Source: Octopus sinensis (lineage: Eukaryota). From it: 64,000 nt of DNA. The stretch covers positions 65,348,001 to 65,412,000 of the forward strand of contig NC_043000.1 in the NCBI RefSeq assembly GCF_006345805.1, read 5' to 3'. Shown here piece by piece: positions 49,329 to 63,901 of the stretch. Positions within the stretch are counted from its first letter, which is position 1. Each line of letters begins with the position of its first letter. A program made the position numbers and the translations under genes. The notes below the pieces were generated by a model, which saw nothing but the letters and a program-made list of their open reading frames with translations, searched no databases and was not told where the DNA came from.

Positions 49329-51297
49329 CTGAAATTAAAACAACTAATAACAATCATCTTTAAATATCTATGAACAGCATTGACTATTGGTAAACCTGAA
49401 AATTTACAAACTTAAATGAAAAATACACAAGGAATGTCGAAAAGTTCCTGGCTTTAGGGTATTGCAAAAGGCCTGGTTGGAGGCCCAACTGTCTGAGTTC
49501 TTTTACAGGGCTTAGTAAAAATGAAAGACTGCTGCAATAAGTGTGAATCAATCTGAGAGAGGAACATGTTCAATAAAATCATAATTATCTGATCCTCATG
49601 TATTTTCTTTTACTTAAAGCCAACAACGTTTCAGCAACCCCACTCATATACCAAGATTGTAGTTTGAAGATTGCAAGTAGTAAGTGCTGTTTATCAATGA
49701 AAGTTCTGAGACTAAGAAATGAAATTAATTTTGATTTTGTAAAAAACAAAAAAATCATATTTATTATCATCATCATTATCATCAACAACGTTTGTTTTCT
49801 ATGCTGGCAAGGGTTGGACAGCTTGACTGGAACTATCAATGCCAGGGGTCACACCAGGTCCCATAGTTTTTTTTTGGCTGGAATTCCACCGCTGAATACC
49901 CTTCTTAATGCCAACCATTTACAGAGTGTACTGGGTGCTTTTCACATGGCATCAGTACCCACACCTTTGCTTGGTTTTAGGATATCAAGATAGTAAATAA
50001 AATATGAGAATAGCATATAAAATCTACTTGTAAATAATATGAAACATTTAAAAAAAAACAATGTGACATTGTGAATAATCTTTTTTAATCTATAATTTGT
50101 TTCAATCATTGGACTGTGGCCAAACTGGGGTACTGCCTTGAAGGCTTTTAGTTGAATACATCAACCTGCCTACTTATTTTTTTAAAGTCTAGTACTTATT
50201 CTATCAGTCTCTTGGCAAACTGCTAGATTACAGGGACACAAGCAAACTAACAGCAACTGCTAAGTGGAGGGGAAGTAGCTGACATGGATACAAAGAGACA
50301 CACACATACATCAGTACACTGGGAATATATATCGATGCTTGTGTATTTATGTCGCCTTAACTCAGCAGTTTGGCTAAAGGGACCAATAGAATAAGTACTA
50401 GGCTTACAAAGAATAAATCCTGGAAGGCAGCAATAGACTCAAGTCTAATTTGGCATGGTTACTATTGCTTGAAGCCCTTCCTAATGCCAACCACTCTGAG
50501 AGTGTAATAGGTGCTTTTACATGCCACCATCACAGCTGCCATTTGCATGACACCAGTATCTGCCATGTTTGCAATTTCACTTGGCTTGATGGGTTTTCTC
50601 TTCAAGCACAGCATAATGCCAAAGGTCTCAGTCATTCATCATTGCCTCTATGGGGCTCAACACTCAAAGGGTGTTTTTCACATGCCACCAACATTGGCTA
50701 CCTTGCCTCTGTAAGGCTCAATGCTCGAAAAGTGCTTTTTATGTGCCGCCAGCATAGGTGCCAGTTATGTGACACCAGCATCGACCATGACTATGATTTC
50801 ACTTGGCTTGACAGGTCTTCTCAAGCACAGAATATTGCCAAAGGTCTCAGTCACTAGTCATTGCCTCCATGAGGCCCAAAGTTCAAAGATTATACTTCAT
50901 CACCTCGTCCCACACACATGATGAGCTTCTTTCAGTTTCTGCCTACAAAATCCACTCACAGGGCTTTGGTTAGTTTGGTTCCTTTCTCTAAACTGTAACC
51001 AGGTTGCAGTTTTGAGTAATAAAAATTTTGACACCATATTACACACAATAATGCTTGAGTCAATATAACAGTCTCTGTGTGTTTCTGAGTGGTTAACATG
51101 TGCCTGCCATGCTGTAAATGGTTTAAAATTATAAGGTTTTAAAAGGAAATGTGAGCAGGTAAACAGTAACAATATGACACACTGACTGGAGGCAGGTCTG
51201 ATCTTTAACTAGCATTCATTTTTCAAACTCACTGTTTATTTAGATAATAATTGATTTGATGACATGAGAAACTTCTTTTGAAAAATGATTCACTTAC

Positions 51298-51418
51298 AAC
51301 TTGGTGGTGGCTCATTAAAATAGCAAAACTGGTCAAATGAGTGCAGACACATTCTGTATAAGATTCATTCCATGAAGTTCGAAAACACCCATCTGTTTTC
51401 CATTCTCCAATAAGATCC
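51298..51418 (-). CDS. Adhesion GPCR exon with GPS autoproteolysis motif
   Basis: DLIGEWKTDGCFRTSWNESYTECVCTHL|TSFAILMSHHQV. Confidence 0.95.
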
Positions 51419-52429
51419 CTACAAAGAGAACCATAAAAGAGAAGCTAAAAAAATTTAAGAACTTAAGGAAACACTTCAGTGAGATTATGGTGGAAAGCTG
51501 GCAGAATCATTAGCATGCTGGGCAAAATGCTCAGTGGCATTTCATCTGTCTTTACATTCTGAAATTAAGTTTCGCTGAGGTCAACTTTGCCTCTCATCCT
51601 TTAGGGTCAATAAAATAAGTACCAGTTGAACACTAGAATCTATTAATCAGGCCTTGTGCCAAAATTTAAAACCAATTGTGAGATTAATTGGTAATTAAAA
51701 ATGTTGACTGCTAACACAAAGATCTTACATTCACCACACACTGGCATTACATTTTGTGGGTGACCAGTTATGTAACTATCAAAGGCCCTTCTAAGCAATA
51801 TGGCATGACAATGTGCTAGTTTGTTTTGCAACTACTTATTTTACTCCAAGCCCTATCATCCATTGTGTAGTACCTTGGGCAAGTGTTTTCAGTCATAGAC
51901 TCAGGTCAGCCACAGACAAAACTGATCTATGATTAATAACATTCCATCAACCTGTATGATTTTCAGACATGGTATATCTAGTATTACATTAGTCATTGTA
52001 TCCTTCTTGTAAAAGATCATAGGGTATGATTTGAGGAAGATTTAGCTTCTATTTCTAACAGGCTGAGCAACTCCTTAGAGATCACATATGTCTTAGCTAA
52101 AGACACAACACAAAGTTTGTACCAAAATCTAACCTCATGACCATATAATCAGTACCTTTTGACAAAAACATGAGTCAATAAGGAAGATTTTATGTGGTCA
52201 CTTGGCCTACTAAATATTGTAGCAAATCTCATTCAAATTGCATCCTACTATCTTAATAAATGTACTCAGTGGATAATATAACTTAGAGTTTACAATACAT
52301 GAAAAAAAATGAAACTGTAATGGATTTGTTCATAAATCTGCTCAGTCAGATCTGATTGGGGTATCAAAAAAATAAATAAAAAATAAAAATTAAGAAGAAA
52401 ATAGCACTGCAGCTTGCAGTGTGGCTTAC

Positions 52430-52476
52430 GTTGGGCTAGAACTCCAATAGACACATTTTGTATTTGAAGTTAGTTT
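52430..52476 (-). CDS. Adhesion GPCR exon (start of GPS, CVYW)
   Basis: KLTSNTKCVYWSSSP; in phase. Confidence 0.88.
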
Positions 52477-52617
52477 CTGAAAAAAATAGTTTAAAAAATT
52501 ATTGTTTTAACATTTATGATTTTTTTGTTCTTCTGGAAAATACACTTTACATAATCATCTAAATAATCAAATGAATTTAAAGTATTACACTGGGTAACAG
52601 AAATTATAGAACAGACA

Positions 52618-53068
52618 TTATCCCTTTAGCATTTAAACCGACCATATCCGCCACAAATATTCTACATGTTTTATGTACAAACTAGCCAGATCCAGCCTTT
52701 CACACTGACCATGTAATTCATTCTAAAAACATAATGTCACACCATTGCAACATAGGAGCAGAGAGATAATACATGATTAATTTAAACCAACTTGAATAAA
52801 TAAGCATTATGTTTGGCAGTATAATCTGAATGCTAAAGGGTCAACCCTTTAGCATTCAAACTGGCCATATCAAGCCAAAATATTCTATTTGTTTTCTGTT
52901 CAAACTTGCCAGACCTGACCTCTCACACCTACATTACAGTGTCATTCTATAAATAAACAATCACATCATCAAAATCTCAAAGTTATGAGATAATGCATGA
53001 TTAATTCAAACCAATTTGAATAAAGAAGCATTACATTTGACAGAATAATCTGAATGCTAAAGCGTTAA
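52618..53068 (+). mobile_element. Head-to-tail dimer of the piggyBac-type MITE
   Basis: Two units of about 225 bp joined at GCTAAAGGG-TCAA-CCCTTTAGC. Confidence 0.75.
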
Positions 53069-54304
53069 AACAACATTAGTTGTTAGGATTGGGTTACAAC
53101 TAGATATTCTGTAGGTTAAGAGGTAAGATGGGCCATTTATTCAGAAAGAAGTTACTGATTACTGATTACCACAATGTCTATTGTAGTTATTAATAATCAA
53201 CTCTTTCTATAAATCACTTGTCCTATCTTTCTACTTCATACCAGAGGTAAACATACTACAAATGTGTTTACTTGTGAAAATTAGTTAAACTATTGACAAC
53301 ATAAAGGATTGAATACAACCAACTCAAGCTAAAACAGAGCAAACAATGTATCTCTTTAAGACAACTATCACTTCTAATTTCTAACTATAATTCACAGCTG
53401 TCTAATATGGTAGAATTAAAGAATGGGAAATCTGCAGCTGTTGAGGTCTTTGAACATAGCCCTATGAAAGAAGTTTGAACATTTTAATAAAAAATATACA
53501 TTTTTGTTGATTATATTCTTTCTCAATTTTATTTCCAGTTTGTGCTATATGATACATCAAGCCATCCTTAGACAACTTCAGTAGCATACAAGTTTTTCTA
53601 CAAAAATTAGTTGTTAGGCCTTTACTTTATGCCTCTGTTTCTGGAGGAAGAGATGTCTGCACCTACAGTTTAAATTTTTATATTACTTTTTCACTTTTTC
53701 ACTTATTCTGATTGTTCAGAGTTTGCATTGTATCTTAGTCTGTATATACATTAATATTATCAGTTTTAATTTTCTTTGTATACCTGGTCATAAAGAAAAT
53801 TGATAGCAATCTAATAATGAAAACTAAGATACTTTGAACAGAACCAATATTTCAAACTAAGAAACTATATCAAGAATTAACACTAAGGATTAAAAAGTAA
53901 AAAGAAATTCAGGTAGATAACATCAAAATATGAACTAGAATACAAGTGAAAAACTGTCCTAGACAAATGAACAAATAGGTAAAGTGGTAAGTCATCACAA
54001 ATTGACCACTGGAGGTGACACTGGATTGGGTAAACACTTTTTGATACATTCTATCTTATATAAGCACTTAACCTTTTAGCATTTTAACCATATCCAGCCC
54101 AAATATGCTATCTGTTTTATGTTCAAATCAACCAGATCCAGCCTATCACACCTACCCTCCAATGTCACTCTAAAAGTATACAGTCACATTATTAAAATTT
54201 AGAAGCTATGAGATATTGCATGATTAATTAAAAACAATGTGAATGAAAAAGCACTACATTAGACAGGATAATAAGAATACTAATGGGTTAAATGATAAAC
54301 TTAC

Positions 54305-54419
54305 CTTATGGTTCAGACGAAAAGTTATGTTTTTTATGGGGTTTTTTGAATTCACTTTGTGAATTGTGAAACTTAGAATATCTGAAAGAAGATCTTTGTG
54401 ATTTGTGCTTTCATTTGTC
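54305..54419 (-). CDS. Adhesion GPCR exon (GAIN B)
   Basis: TNESTNHKDLLSDILSFTIHKVNSKNPIKNITFRLNHK. Confidence 0.85.
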
Positions 54420-54599
54420 CTAAAATAGAAACATATTTAGTTTATTCATAGGATTCATACTACAAAACTGGAATGGAAAGAAATGTGATTTTCTATTCTC
54501 ATCTCCACCTTAAGAAGGTACCTTCTTATCACAGTCTGTTCTTATCCAGAGACTGTTTTTGTAAGATTCAAACAGAAATGTTGTAAGCCACTAAATCTA

Positions 54600-55190
54600 G
54601 ACAGTTATATCAAATATGTAATCAGTTTGCTTTTCTAGGGTGGTTCCTTCCTATAATCAGTACACTTCACATAACACCTGGCTTACTGGGAACTTTCTCT
54701 CCTACATGGTATTCTTGTGGTCTCTTACCACAAGTATATCATGCAGGAAAACAATGTTCTTTCCCTCAACATCAGCAAGGTCTTCATATCTGGTATGGGA
54801 ATCTCTTAACTAAGTTGTGCACTTTGGGGCTCCATCCCTATTTTATTGGATGGCAAGTTTCCTATCAGACTGCTCCTTCACAACATCCGCTACCATGGCT
54901 TCCTGTGACATATACTTTGGTATGCCTCAAGGATTGGTTATGTTGTCTATATACTTTCTTCTATACATGAATGATTAAATTGCAATTATTTCTAATGACA
55001 CATACAGTCTTATAGCACTACACTCTATCTACATATATATATAGAGTTTTGCAACACTACACCCTCCTTGCACATACCAAGAAAACGATCCTATAACAGT
55101 CCCTGCATTAAAAAAAGTCTTACAGCATTGCACTTTCCCTGCATACATCAAGAACACAATTTTGCAACTCCATACCCTCCCTGCTGCATC
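54600..55190 (+). mobile_element. Decayed CR1/Jockey-type LINE RT fragment
   Basis: GMPQG-like and YMND-like remnants at about 54920-54975; similar to the 10.5-kb region. Confidence 0.45.
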
Positions 55191-57342
55191 ACCATCATCA
55201 TCATTTAATGTCTGTTTTCCATGCTGGCATGAGTTGGACAGTTTGACAGGAACTAGCCAGTTGAAGAGCTGCCTAGGCTCCCTGTCTGTTTTGTCATGGT
55301 TTCTACAGCTGGATCTCCTTCTTAATATTAACCACTTTACAGAGTGTACTGAATGTTTTCACATAGCACCAGCTTGGGTGCTTTTATATAGCACCGGCAT
55401 GGGTGCTTTTTACGTGGCACTAGCACCTTGCATATATAAAAAAGGAATGTTGTAATAATACACTCTCTTTGTTTTAGAAGGAAACAATCTTGCAAAACTA
55501 CATCCTCTCTGTTAATGAACAACACTGTTAAAATCCCTAAATTTATAATGTTTGCTGCTCTCTAATGAAACCTTACCTAGAAGGGACCACAAAGTTTATG
55601 GACACAGCCCCTCTTCATCTGAATAAATTTTTTTTGATCAATTTTGGTACATTTATATTAACACTAAACACTAATCCATGGAGGCACATGGCTTAGTGGT
55701 TAGGGTATCAGCATCATGATTGTAAGGTTGTGGTTTCGATTCCTGGACCAGGCAACACGTTGTGTTCTTGAGCAAAACACTTCATTTCACATTGCTCCAG
55801 TCCACTCAGCTGGCAAAAATGAGTAACGCTGCGATGGACTGGTGTCCCGGCCAACTGGGGAACACATACGCCATAGAAACCAGGAAACCAGGCCCATGAG
55901 CCTGGCTAGGCTTTAAAAGGGCACATTTATTTTTTATTTTAAACACTAATCCAGGTGTTTTCAACTACAGGATGTTAGGTTCTTAACATAATACTGACAT
56001 GTATCAATTTCAGTGTTCTTAATTCATCATAACTTTATGACTTATGTAATAAACAATCATGATGTGTTGAATGTAATAATAATGTTTTTTTCTATGACAC
56101 ACAAAATCAAATTTGTTGACATCAGGGATAGTTGATTAAATGACTAAGGAAAATTATCCATGAAAATTTAATAGTAAAGTAGGTTATAAAACAAGAAATT
56201 TTAATTAACTGAAATAACATCTTAGAGCATCCATAGATCTTAAGCACTAAAGAGCAAGCTCACTTTCCAATGCATTTCATTTTTAACTAATTAATATGTT
56301 TTGGTAAATTACGTCAAGTATGTTAGCATCCACTTTACTACAGTTAACTAAATCAACTACACTATATTACAGCTGTTTATTATATTAATCATAAAGTAGT
56401 AAAAAGACTCAGTCCACTCTAGAACTGATTCTCATACTGACCTATTAAATTGAATGTTCACAGTTGCTTCTATATTGTCTCAGTCAACAATTATTTCTTA
56501 TACTTGCATTATGGACCTAAAACCCAAGATATTTTTGGTGGTGAGATCAGTGAAAAGTTCATGTTTTAAGTAGTACGAATGAAGTAAAATGACAGAGCTC
56601 ACTGGTAGTTTTCATCTACCTAATCAGTATTCCACATTATATAAGGGTTTCTTTTTAGAGCATGTCAGCAATTTTGTAAGAAATAGGTAATCTTTTCTAG
56701 ATTACCAGAATGAAAGTCAAATCAATCCTAAGAGTTTGAACTTGAAACTACAGAGGACAAAACTAATTAATGCAATTTAGTTAACTCTGGCACCTGACTC
56801 TGGCTCTCTGCATTCCTTAATCTTAACAAATAATATTTATTGTAAGGCATCTCCTGCAACATGGAAGCATTGCATTCCTACAAAATCTTGCTATAATTTG
56901 GAATTCTGTAAGTATGAATTCTATTTTCCCACTGTCTTCAGTGTTATATATATAACTTGGAAGTCAATAGAGAATTAGATTTTGCATTACAGAATTCCTG
57001 ATTACAAGGTTTTCATGAATACAAAACTTCTGTAACATAGAGGATGTCTGTCTTAATAATTATATGAGAAAGATAAACTTACTGTAGATTTATTAAATAC
57101 TATGTTTCTTTTTTAAACAGTTTTATATTTATTTTCCATTGTAACCTGAGTGAAAACTTCCCCCCTTTTTTTCTGTAAATTTGTTTGTCGATATATGACT
57201 GATGCATTTATTCTATTGTTGATTTGCTGCAGACAAAATGAGGCAAATAGAGTGGTATACTTTTGTATATGCAATAGCCATACTGAGATTTGAACTCATG
57301 ACAAGTAAGAGATAAAATGAGAAATAACTCAAGTGGCCTCAC

Positions 57343-57415
57343 CAGTTAGCTTCAGTCGTTTGTATGATGTATGTTAATGATTTGTAGAAGACAACACTAT
57401 AAAACATGTGGTCAT
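57343..57415 (-). CDS. Adhesion GPCR exon (GAIN)
   Basis: DHMFYSVVFYKSLTYIIQTTEAN; strong polypyrimidine acceptor. It supplies the required phase 1 to 2 link. Confidence 0.82.
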
Positions 57416-57839
57416 CTGAGAAAGAAAAAGAAAAAGAAACATTATTATCTGCCACTTTCACTGTTTAGCTGAACTTCTAATGATAAAAAAGATTAACTGA
57501 TTTAATTTTAATGGAACTTGATCCAAATTTGTAATCACTGAAACAATGAATTAGGCAATGTCATAACTCCTAACACACAGATTGCAGAACCAGTTATTTC
57601 TTTACAAAAGGATAAACCTTGCATCATTTCAACACAGTTGTGCCATGACATGGGAGCTGGCTTTGAAGACAAAAGATTGTGAGAATTGAACTCACAACTC
57701 TTTCTCCATACCAATCAATCAAACTAACAAATTACTCCAGAGTTTTAGAATCTTTGATAAAAGCCTCAACAATGAGGAAATGTCACTGCCTATGAGAATG
57801 GCTTACAATGACAGTTTGACTGAGAGACAAGTAACTATT

Positions 57840-58290
57840 AACAGAGATTCAGTAAGGTAATTAAACTGAATAGAAATGATCTTTTGCATAAAGAAGTGCC
57901 ACTCTCTAACTTTGGAGGGAACCTGTGGAAGAAGTAGACTAGAGGAAGGAGAGGGATGAGGTGGTGAAATATGATCTTAGGATTTTGAGTCTCACAGAGG
58001 TGATGACAAGTGACCATGACTTTTGGTGATTTGCTATGCTTGAAAGGACATGTCAAGCTAAGTGAAACCATAGTCATGGCCAGTGCTGGTGACATGTGAA
58101 AGGTACCCCTACTGGTGACACATATAAGGCACTCATGCCAAAGACACGTGAAAGACACCCAGCACACTCTGTGGATGGTTGGCCTAAGGAAGGGTAACTA
58201 GCCACAGAAACCAAGCCAAAATAGAGTGGAGCCTGGTGCAGCTCTCCAACTTACCAGCTCCAGTATGGAAAGCCGATGCTAAATGATAAC
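57840..58290 (+). mobile_element. Old RTE 3' fragment
   Basis: Degenerate match to the RTE C-terminus (GTCGRSR) and tail. Confidence 0.65.
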
Positions 58291-58608
58291 TACTAACCCA
58301 TCCAAAAGTGCTCTTTGTCCTACAATACAAACTTCCAGTTTTGAAGTGATCTAAATCAAAACCTTCCATAAAAATTCCATGTTAATTTATGCTCCAAACA
58401 CCAGTTTAATGATGACAAAGTTATTCTACTAAATTGTCCATTATTTTGAAAATTAATTGAAACAGAGGCAGTGTATTTTAACAGAAATATGGTAGCAAAA
58501 GGGTTGATAATTTACAATATAAAAGATAAATACTAACATTAACAAATCTTTACATAAACACAGATAAGGATGTATTAATAATGGATATAAAGAGAAAATA
58601 ATCTTTAC

Positions 58609-58716
58609 CTGAAGATATATTCTTAATTACTGACTCATCAATATGAACTTGGAGGGATTCGTCAGAATCAAGATTTACTGAAATGGTGTTATTCTTTATT
58701 TCATCAAATTGGAAAG
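58609..58716 (-). CDS. Adhesion GPCR exon (GAIN)
   Basis: AFQFDEIKNNTISVNLDSDESLQVHIDESVIKNISS; phase 1 to 1. Confidence 0.8.
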
Positions 58717-59182
58717 CTACAAAGATAAATAAGATTTTATTATAAAGTTAAGTATCAGTAAATGCGAACATGTCATGTATTTGATCATGAACTAAAAAGA
58801 AGAGAAAATAGCATATCGCATAGCCTTCATGGTTAGTATGATGCCAATGAAGAATTTCATCCACATGTGCTTTTGAAGAAGTTTTCATGCCATCATGGGA
58901 GTTCTGTACTGTCTTAAAAAAGGATTGCTGGATATACTATACCTTAAAAGAGGATTGAATGGGCAAGACTGAAGTGCCATCCATCCTTCTGTATTTATAT
59001 ATATAGCAACATTGGAACCCACACACAAGGTACAGGAAACTTATATACACACCATTCTGCTCAAATAATGGAATTGCAGATACAATATCCTTATGTATCT
59101 CACTTCTATATTCCTTCTGCCACTTCACTCTGTATTTCATATCTTCTCTATAATAACTATTGCTCAACCATTTTCTCGCACT

Positions 59183-59230
59183 GTCTCTGATGAAGAGATA
59201 TATAAAATATCCCTGAAACAGCTGTAAGAC
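59183..59230 (+). ncRNA. Minimal type I hammerhead ribozyme (Penelope-type)
   Basis: gtct-CTGATGA-agagatat(ataaa)atatccct-GAAAC-agct-GTA-agac: complete core, stems I and II, and a palindromic minimal stem III. Confidence 0.75.
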
Positions 59231-60606
59231 CTTCTCTTTATAAATGTTCTGAAATCTTTCATAGCCTTGGATTTTTTTATCTCATTAGCTTTTGCTTTGC
59301 TGAACGACCTGCACAAATGTTTGTGCTGCACGTTAACTTGCTCCTTCCATCAAATCAACATTGCCTGAAAAGGTGGACTGTGTACCCAACGTCAGTTTTC
59401 AAAGTAATTGCAGAGCAACGTGAGATAAAATGTTTTGCTCAAGAACACAATGCACCTCCCAGTCTAGGAATTAAAACTACGATCTAGTGATTGAGTGCAA
59501 CACTCTAACCCCTAAGCTATCTACCCACACACGCATACACATACATATAAAAGGAATTGCTGAAGTTGTTACAATATAGAATGGCTTGTGATATTTATTT
59601 GTTCTGGCTCTATGTATTCTGAGTTCAAATTCTGTGGACAGCTTTGTTTTCCACCACCTTGTGGGGTGGGGTGGGTCAATAAATAAAATACCAATAATAA
59701 ATAAATACCAGTTCTTCTTCTTCTCTCCCCCCCCTCTCTCTCTCTCTATCTTTGCTTAACTGCATTGTGAGAGGGTCATGAGAGACTATTCAGAGTGTCT
59801 AAGATGTCAGAAATATAAAAAGACCTACTGTCACAACTAAAAATCTACAAGGAGATCCAAAGAGACACTTACACTCCAAGAGTTAGCAGTTACATGCATA
59901 CAATATATTCATGCATTATCTAATTGTTTATATACCCATACATTTTAAGGATAATTTTTTTTTCCTTGAAAATAGACCAAAATTGATTAAGCACAGAGTA
60001 AATACTCAAATAATAAATAATTTTGCATATTAAAATGTGTTGCAAGCATTTTCATTGTCACACAACTATGAAAAACACTGCCTCAAAAAGACCCATCCAA
60101 CACATTCAAGCATGGCAAAAATGATGTAAAAATTATGAGGTGCAAATGTGGCTATGTGAGGGTTTAGAAAAACTGAAGTTGTAATAAGTGTGTGAATCTG
60201 AGAGGGGAATATGTTGAATAAAATAATCAATTGATCCTCCTGTATTTTCTTTTATCCAAAGCCAAGAACTTTTCAGTACCCGCCAAGTAAATGCATTCCA
60301 TATGTGTGTGTGTGCATGTGTATGTCTGTGTTTGTCCCCTACCACTGCTTGACCACCAGTGTTGGTGTATTTACATCCCTGTAACTCAGCAGTTCAGCAA
60401 AAGGGAACGATAGATTAAGTACCACACTTAGAAAAAAAAGTACTGAGATCGATTCATTCAACAAAAAAATTCTCCAAAGTAGTGCCCCAGCATAGCCATA
60501 GTCTAATGATGAAACAAGTAAAGGATAAAAGGTAAAAGATAGCTATAATGATACTGAAGTTTAAGGGGAAAAAAAAGGAAAAGTAGAAATAAAATGCCCT
60601 TCTTAC

Positions 60607-60715
60607 CTATATTTTCTTTTTCAATGTTGACTTGTTCAGAGGAATTTGTTGTATTTATAATATTCTCCAGGAATTTGTCAACAACTTTCATTACCTCTGT
60701 AGGATGCATTTTTTT
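60607..60715 (-). CDS. Adhesion GPCR exon (GAIN A/B)
   Basis: KKMHPTEVMKVVDKFLENIINTTNSSEQVNIEKENI. Confidence 0.82.
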
Positions 60716-61513
60716 CTGAAATAAATAGTATTGTCAAATTAATAACTGAAAGGTGATGAGCCGGCCAAATTATTAGCACACCAGGCTAAATGGTATTTCA
60801 TCCATCTTTACGTTCTGAGTTCAACTTCAGGCAAAGTCAACTTTTCCCTCCATCCTTTTGAGGTCAATAAAATAAGTACCAGTTGATCACTGGGGTTAAT
60901 GTAATTGACTTATCCTCTCCTATGAACTTACTGGCCTTGTGTCAAAATTTGAAATCAATATTAATAACTGCTAAAAGGTGGCAAGCTGGCAGAATCATTA
61001 GCACACTGGGAAAAATGCTTAATGACATTTTGTCTATCTTTATGTTCTGAGTTCAAATTACGGCAAAGTCGACTTTTTGTTTATCCTTTCAGGGTTGATA
61101 AAATAAGTACCAGTTGATAAAATAAGTACCAGTTGTAATCAACTTATACTCTCCCGCAAAATTGCTGGTCTTGTGCCAAAATTTGAAATTAATATTAATA
61201 ATGCTGAATAATCATTTTTAACTATTACATACATTTTTCTGGCTCAGAAATATTTACAACCTTTTAGAATTTTCACAAATAAACATATGTGTCATAAGAA
61301 TTCAGAAACTTTGAGGGAACATGAAATAATTCTTATTTGGAATGGTGAACCTTGAAGCAGCTAAAGTATAAATTAGTGACTATGGATAAAATTTCTAAAA
61401 TGGATAGATTCTAAATGGATAGATTCAAGGGATTGCTTTGGTTCAATGATAGGATGTTTGTCATGTTTACAAAAGATGTGAGATTATGTCCCACAGGCAG
61501 ACTGCGATTTTTT

Positions 61514-61656
61514 CAGGTGTGGCTGTGTGGTAAAAATATTGCTTCCAAATCACATGGTTCTGGGTTCAGTCTTACTGCATGGCACCTGAGCAAGTGTTTT
61601 CAACTATAGTCTTGTGATTGGATTTGGTAGATAGAAACTGAAAGAAGCATGTTGTA

Positions 61657-61751
<95 letters not shown>

Positions 61752-61970
61752 TTGTGTGTGTGTCTTTGTGTCTGTGTTTGTTACCCCATTACTGCTTCAC
61801 AACCAGTGTTGATGTATTTATATCTCTGTAACTTAGTAGTTTGGCAACAGACTGATAGAATAAGTACTAGGCTTTAAAAATAAGTCATGGAGTCAATTTG
61901 TTCAACTAAAACCCTTCAAGGCAGTGCTCCAGCATGGCCACAGTATTATGACTGAAACAAGTAAAAGAGT
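61514..61970 (+). mobile_element. Family A SINE with expanded (GT)n
   Basis: Colinear with 8738-9127. Confidence 0.8.
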
Positions 61971-62834
61971 AGATGGTTTTTTTTTCAACTTAATATTTAC
62001 AAGCTGTTATTTAGATGTAACTTGTTACACTTGATAGTGCAATGAACAAAAATATTTCCTTGCATTCTGTTACAGCTCTTAATATTTGGTGTTCAAATTC
62101 TTCTATGGTCAGTTTTGCCTTTTACCCTTCTAGGATCATTCTGAGCATGATATAATTAACTAAAACCTCTCTCTAAATTTCTGCCCATGTGCCTATTCTA
62201 GAAATCAAAATTAATACTATCTTTATCTTTTCCTTGTTTCACATAGGACTGCAGTCATGCTGAAGCACTACCTTGATGGTTTTACTTAAACAAATTGACT
62301 CCAGTACTTGGTTTTAAATCTGGTACTTATTCTGTCAATTTCTCTTCTCAAACCACTAAGTTACAGGGACACAATCAAAAACCACTTTCAAGCCATGGTA
62401 TGGGGACAAACACAAAGACACACACACCTAAATATACGCATACATACATACATATATATAAGCATATACATATAAATACATACATATAAGTCTACATACA
62501 TGACCTAGTGCTTAGTGTGTTGCACTCATGAGGATAAGATCATAATTTCGATTCCCAGATCAGCAGTGCATTGTGTTCTTGAGCAAAATACTTCATTTCA
62601 TGTGGCCTCAGTCTACTCAACTGAAAATGGGTAACCCTGCAATGGCTTGGTGTCCTTGTTCAGAAGGAATGTTGGCTTGCTTACTTCAGAAGTGCATCTC
62701 TCTTTGAGATGTTATTTCCTTCTTTTTTTTTCTTTTAATGTCATAAATGATAATAATGATAACAATTATCAGGCTAATTAACAACAAAAATAAAAACATC
62801 AATGTTATACAAATATAAAGAAAAATTTTTTTAC

Positions 62835-62897
62835 CTCATTGTTCAAGTTTGTCCAACAATTTTTCTTTGTCATATTATTTAATATATCTACAAAAAT
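62835..62897 (-). CDS. Adhesion GPCR exon (GAIN A)
   Basis: IFVDILNNMTKKNCWTNLNNE (FV..L.N...W..L helix pattern). Confidence 0.8.
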
Positions 62898-63772
62898 CTA
62901 GAAAGAAATTAAGAGAAGGATTACAAAGGTATGTTAAAAAATAAAACATGCAGTTTCATGATAAAACTAATAATGAACATGTAAAGAATTAAGCTATTTC
63001 AGTCAAATTAAGAATTAGTGGTCTTAATAAGAGAAAAGCTTCATTTAAAAATATTGTATTTTCATCAGCAAATACAGCTTACTTTTATTTCACATTTTGA
63101 TGTTCTACATTTTTATTATTTTTCACATTTTTCCATGCAAATTTGTGAATCCAGAATCTCATCATAATGATGCTATGGTGTTGATATGTATATATGTATA
63201 TGTGATAGATATATTGATATGTATATATGTTAAAGTGTTGATATGTATGCATGTGGCTGATAAAAAACAACTCCTCTTCTATGATTCTCTCACACAAATC
63301 CTAAACACAATTGATGAACTAAGCTTGTTACTTCAGCCACCTAATCTGAAGATATGAAACTGTAAAAAGACTGAAAGACAGACAAAATTAAGAGGAATGA
63401 CCACTAAAGTGGACACCTAATATGCCAAATATAGATGTCAAATTGTCATTACCATGAAGAATATGTTCTCAAGAAAAATCTCAGCAAAACGCCCAAATGT
63501 AAAAATGAGCAAGACAAATGAAAATAAACGACATAAAAAACGATTACCTACGTACCAATGGTTTCCCTTGCTAATATAAACGTATGCAAACAAGCAGATA
63601 TCTGCAAAATCGGCAGTGTAGTCTGTCGTTTACAAAACACAATTTCCAGAGCTAGATACAGAACGCTCAACCGAAATCGAGCAACACAATTTTTAATCTT
63701 TGGATTTTCTAAATATGCTAATCCACTGGTTTTAATTGATTAATATCAATTTCTACCTTTATTATTTAATTT

Positions 63773-63807
<35 letters not shown>

Positions 63808-63901
63808 TACATGCATACACACACACACATATATGAATGTCAATGAATCTAAATTTTCATTAAAATCTTAAATTCTGCAGGGTTTGAATTCATATACTCA
63901 C

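Noticed and set aside
55577-55618. Candidate adhesion GPCR exon with AG/GT boundaries
   Set aside because: Stop in the required frame and wrong phase; 57343-57415 fits instead.
57083-57145. Candidate adhesion GPCR exon ending in gtaagt
   Set aside because: Stops in all three frames.
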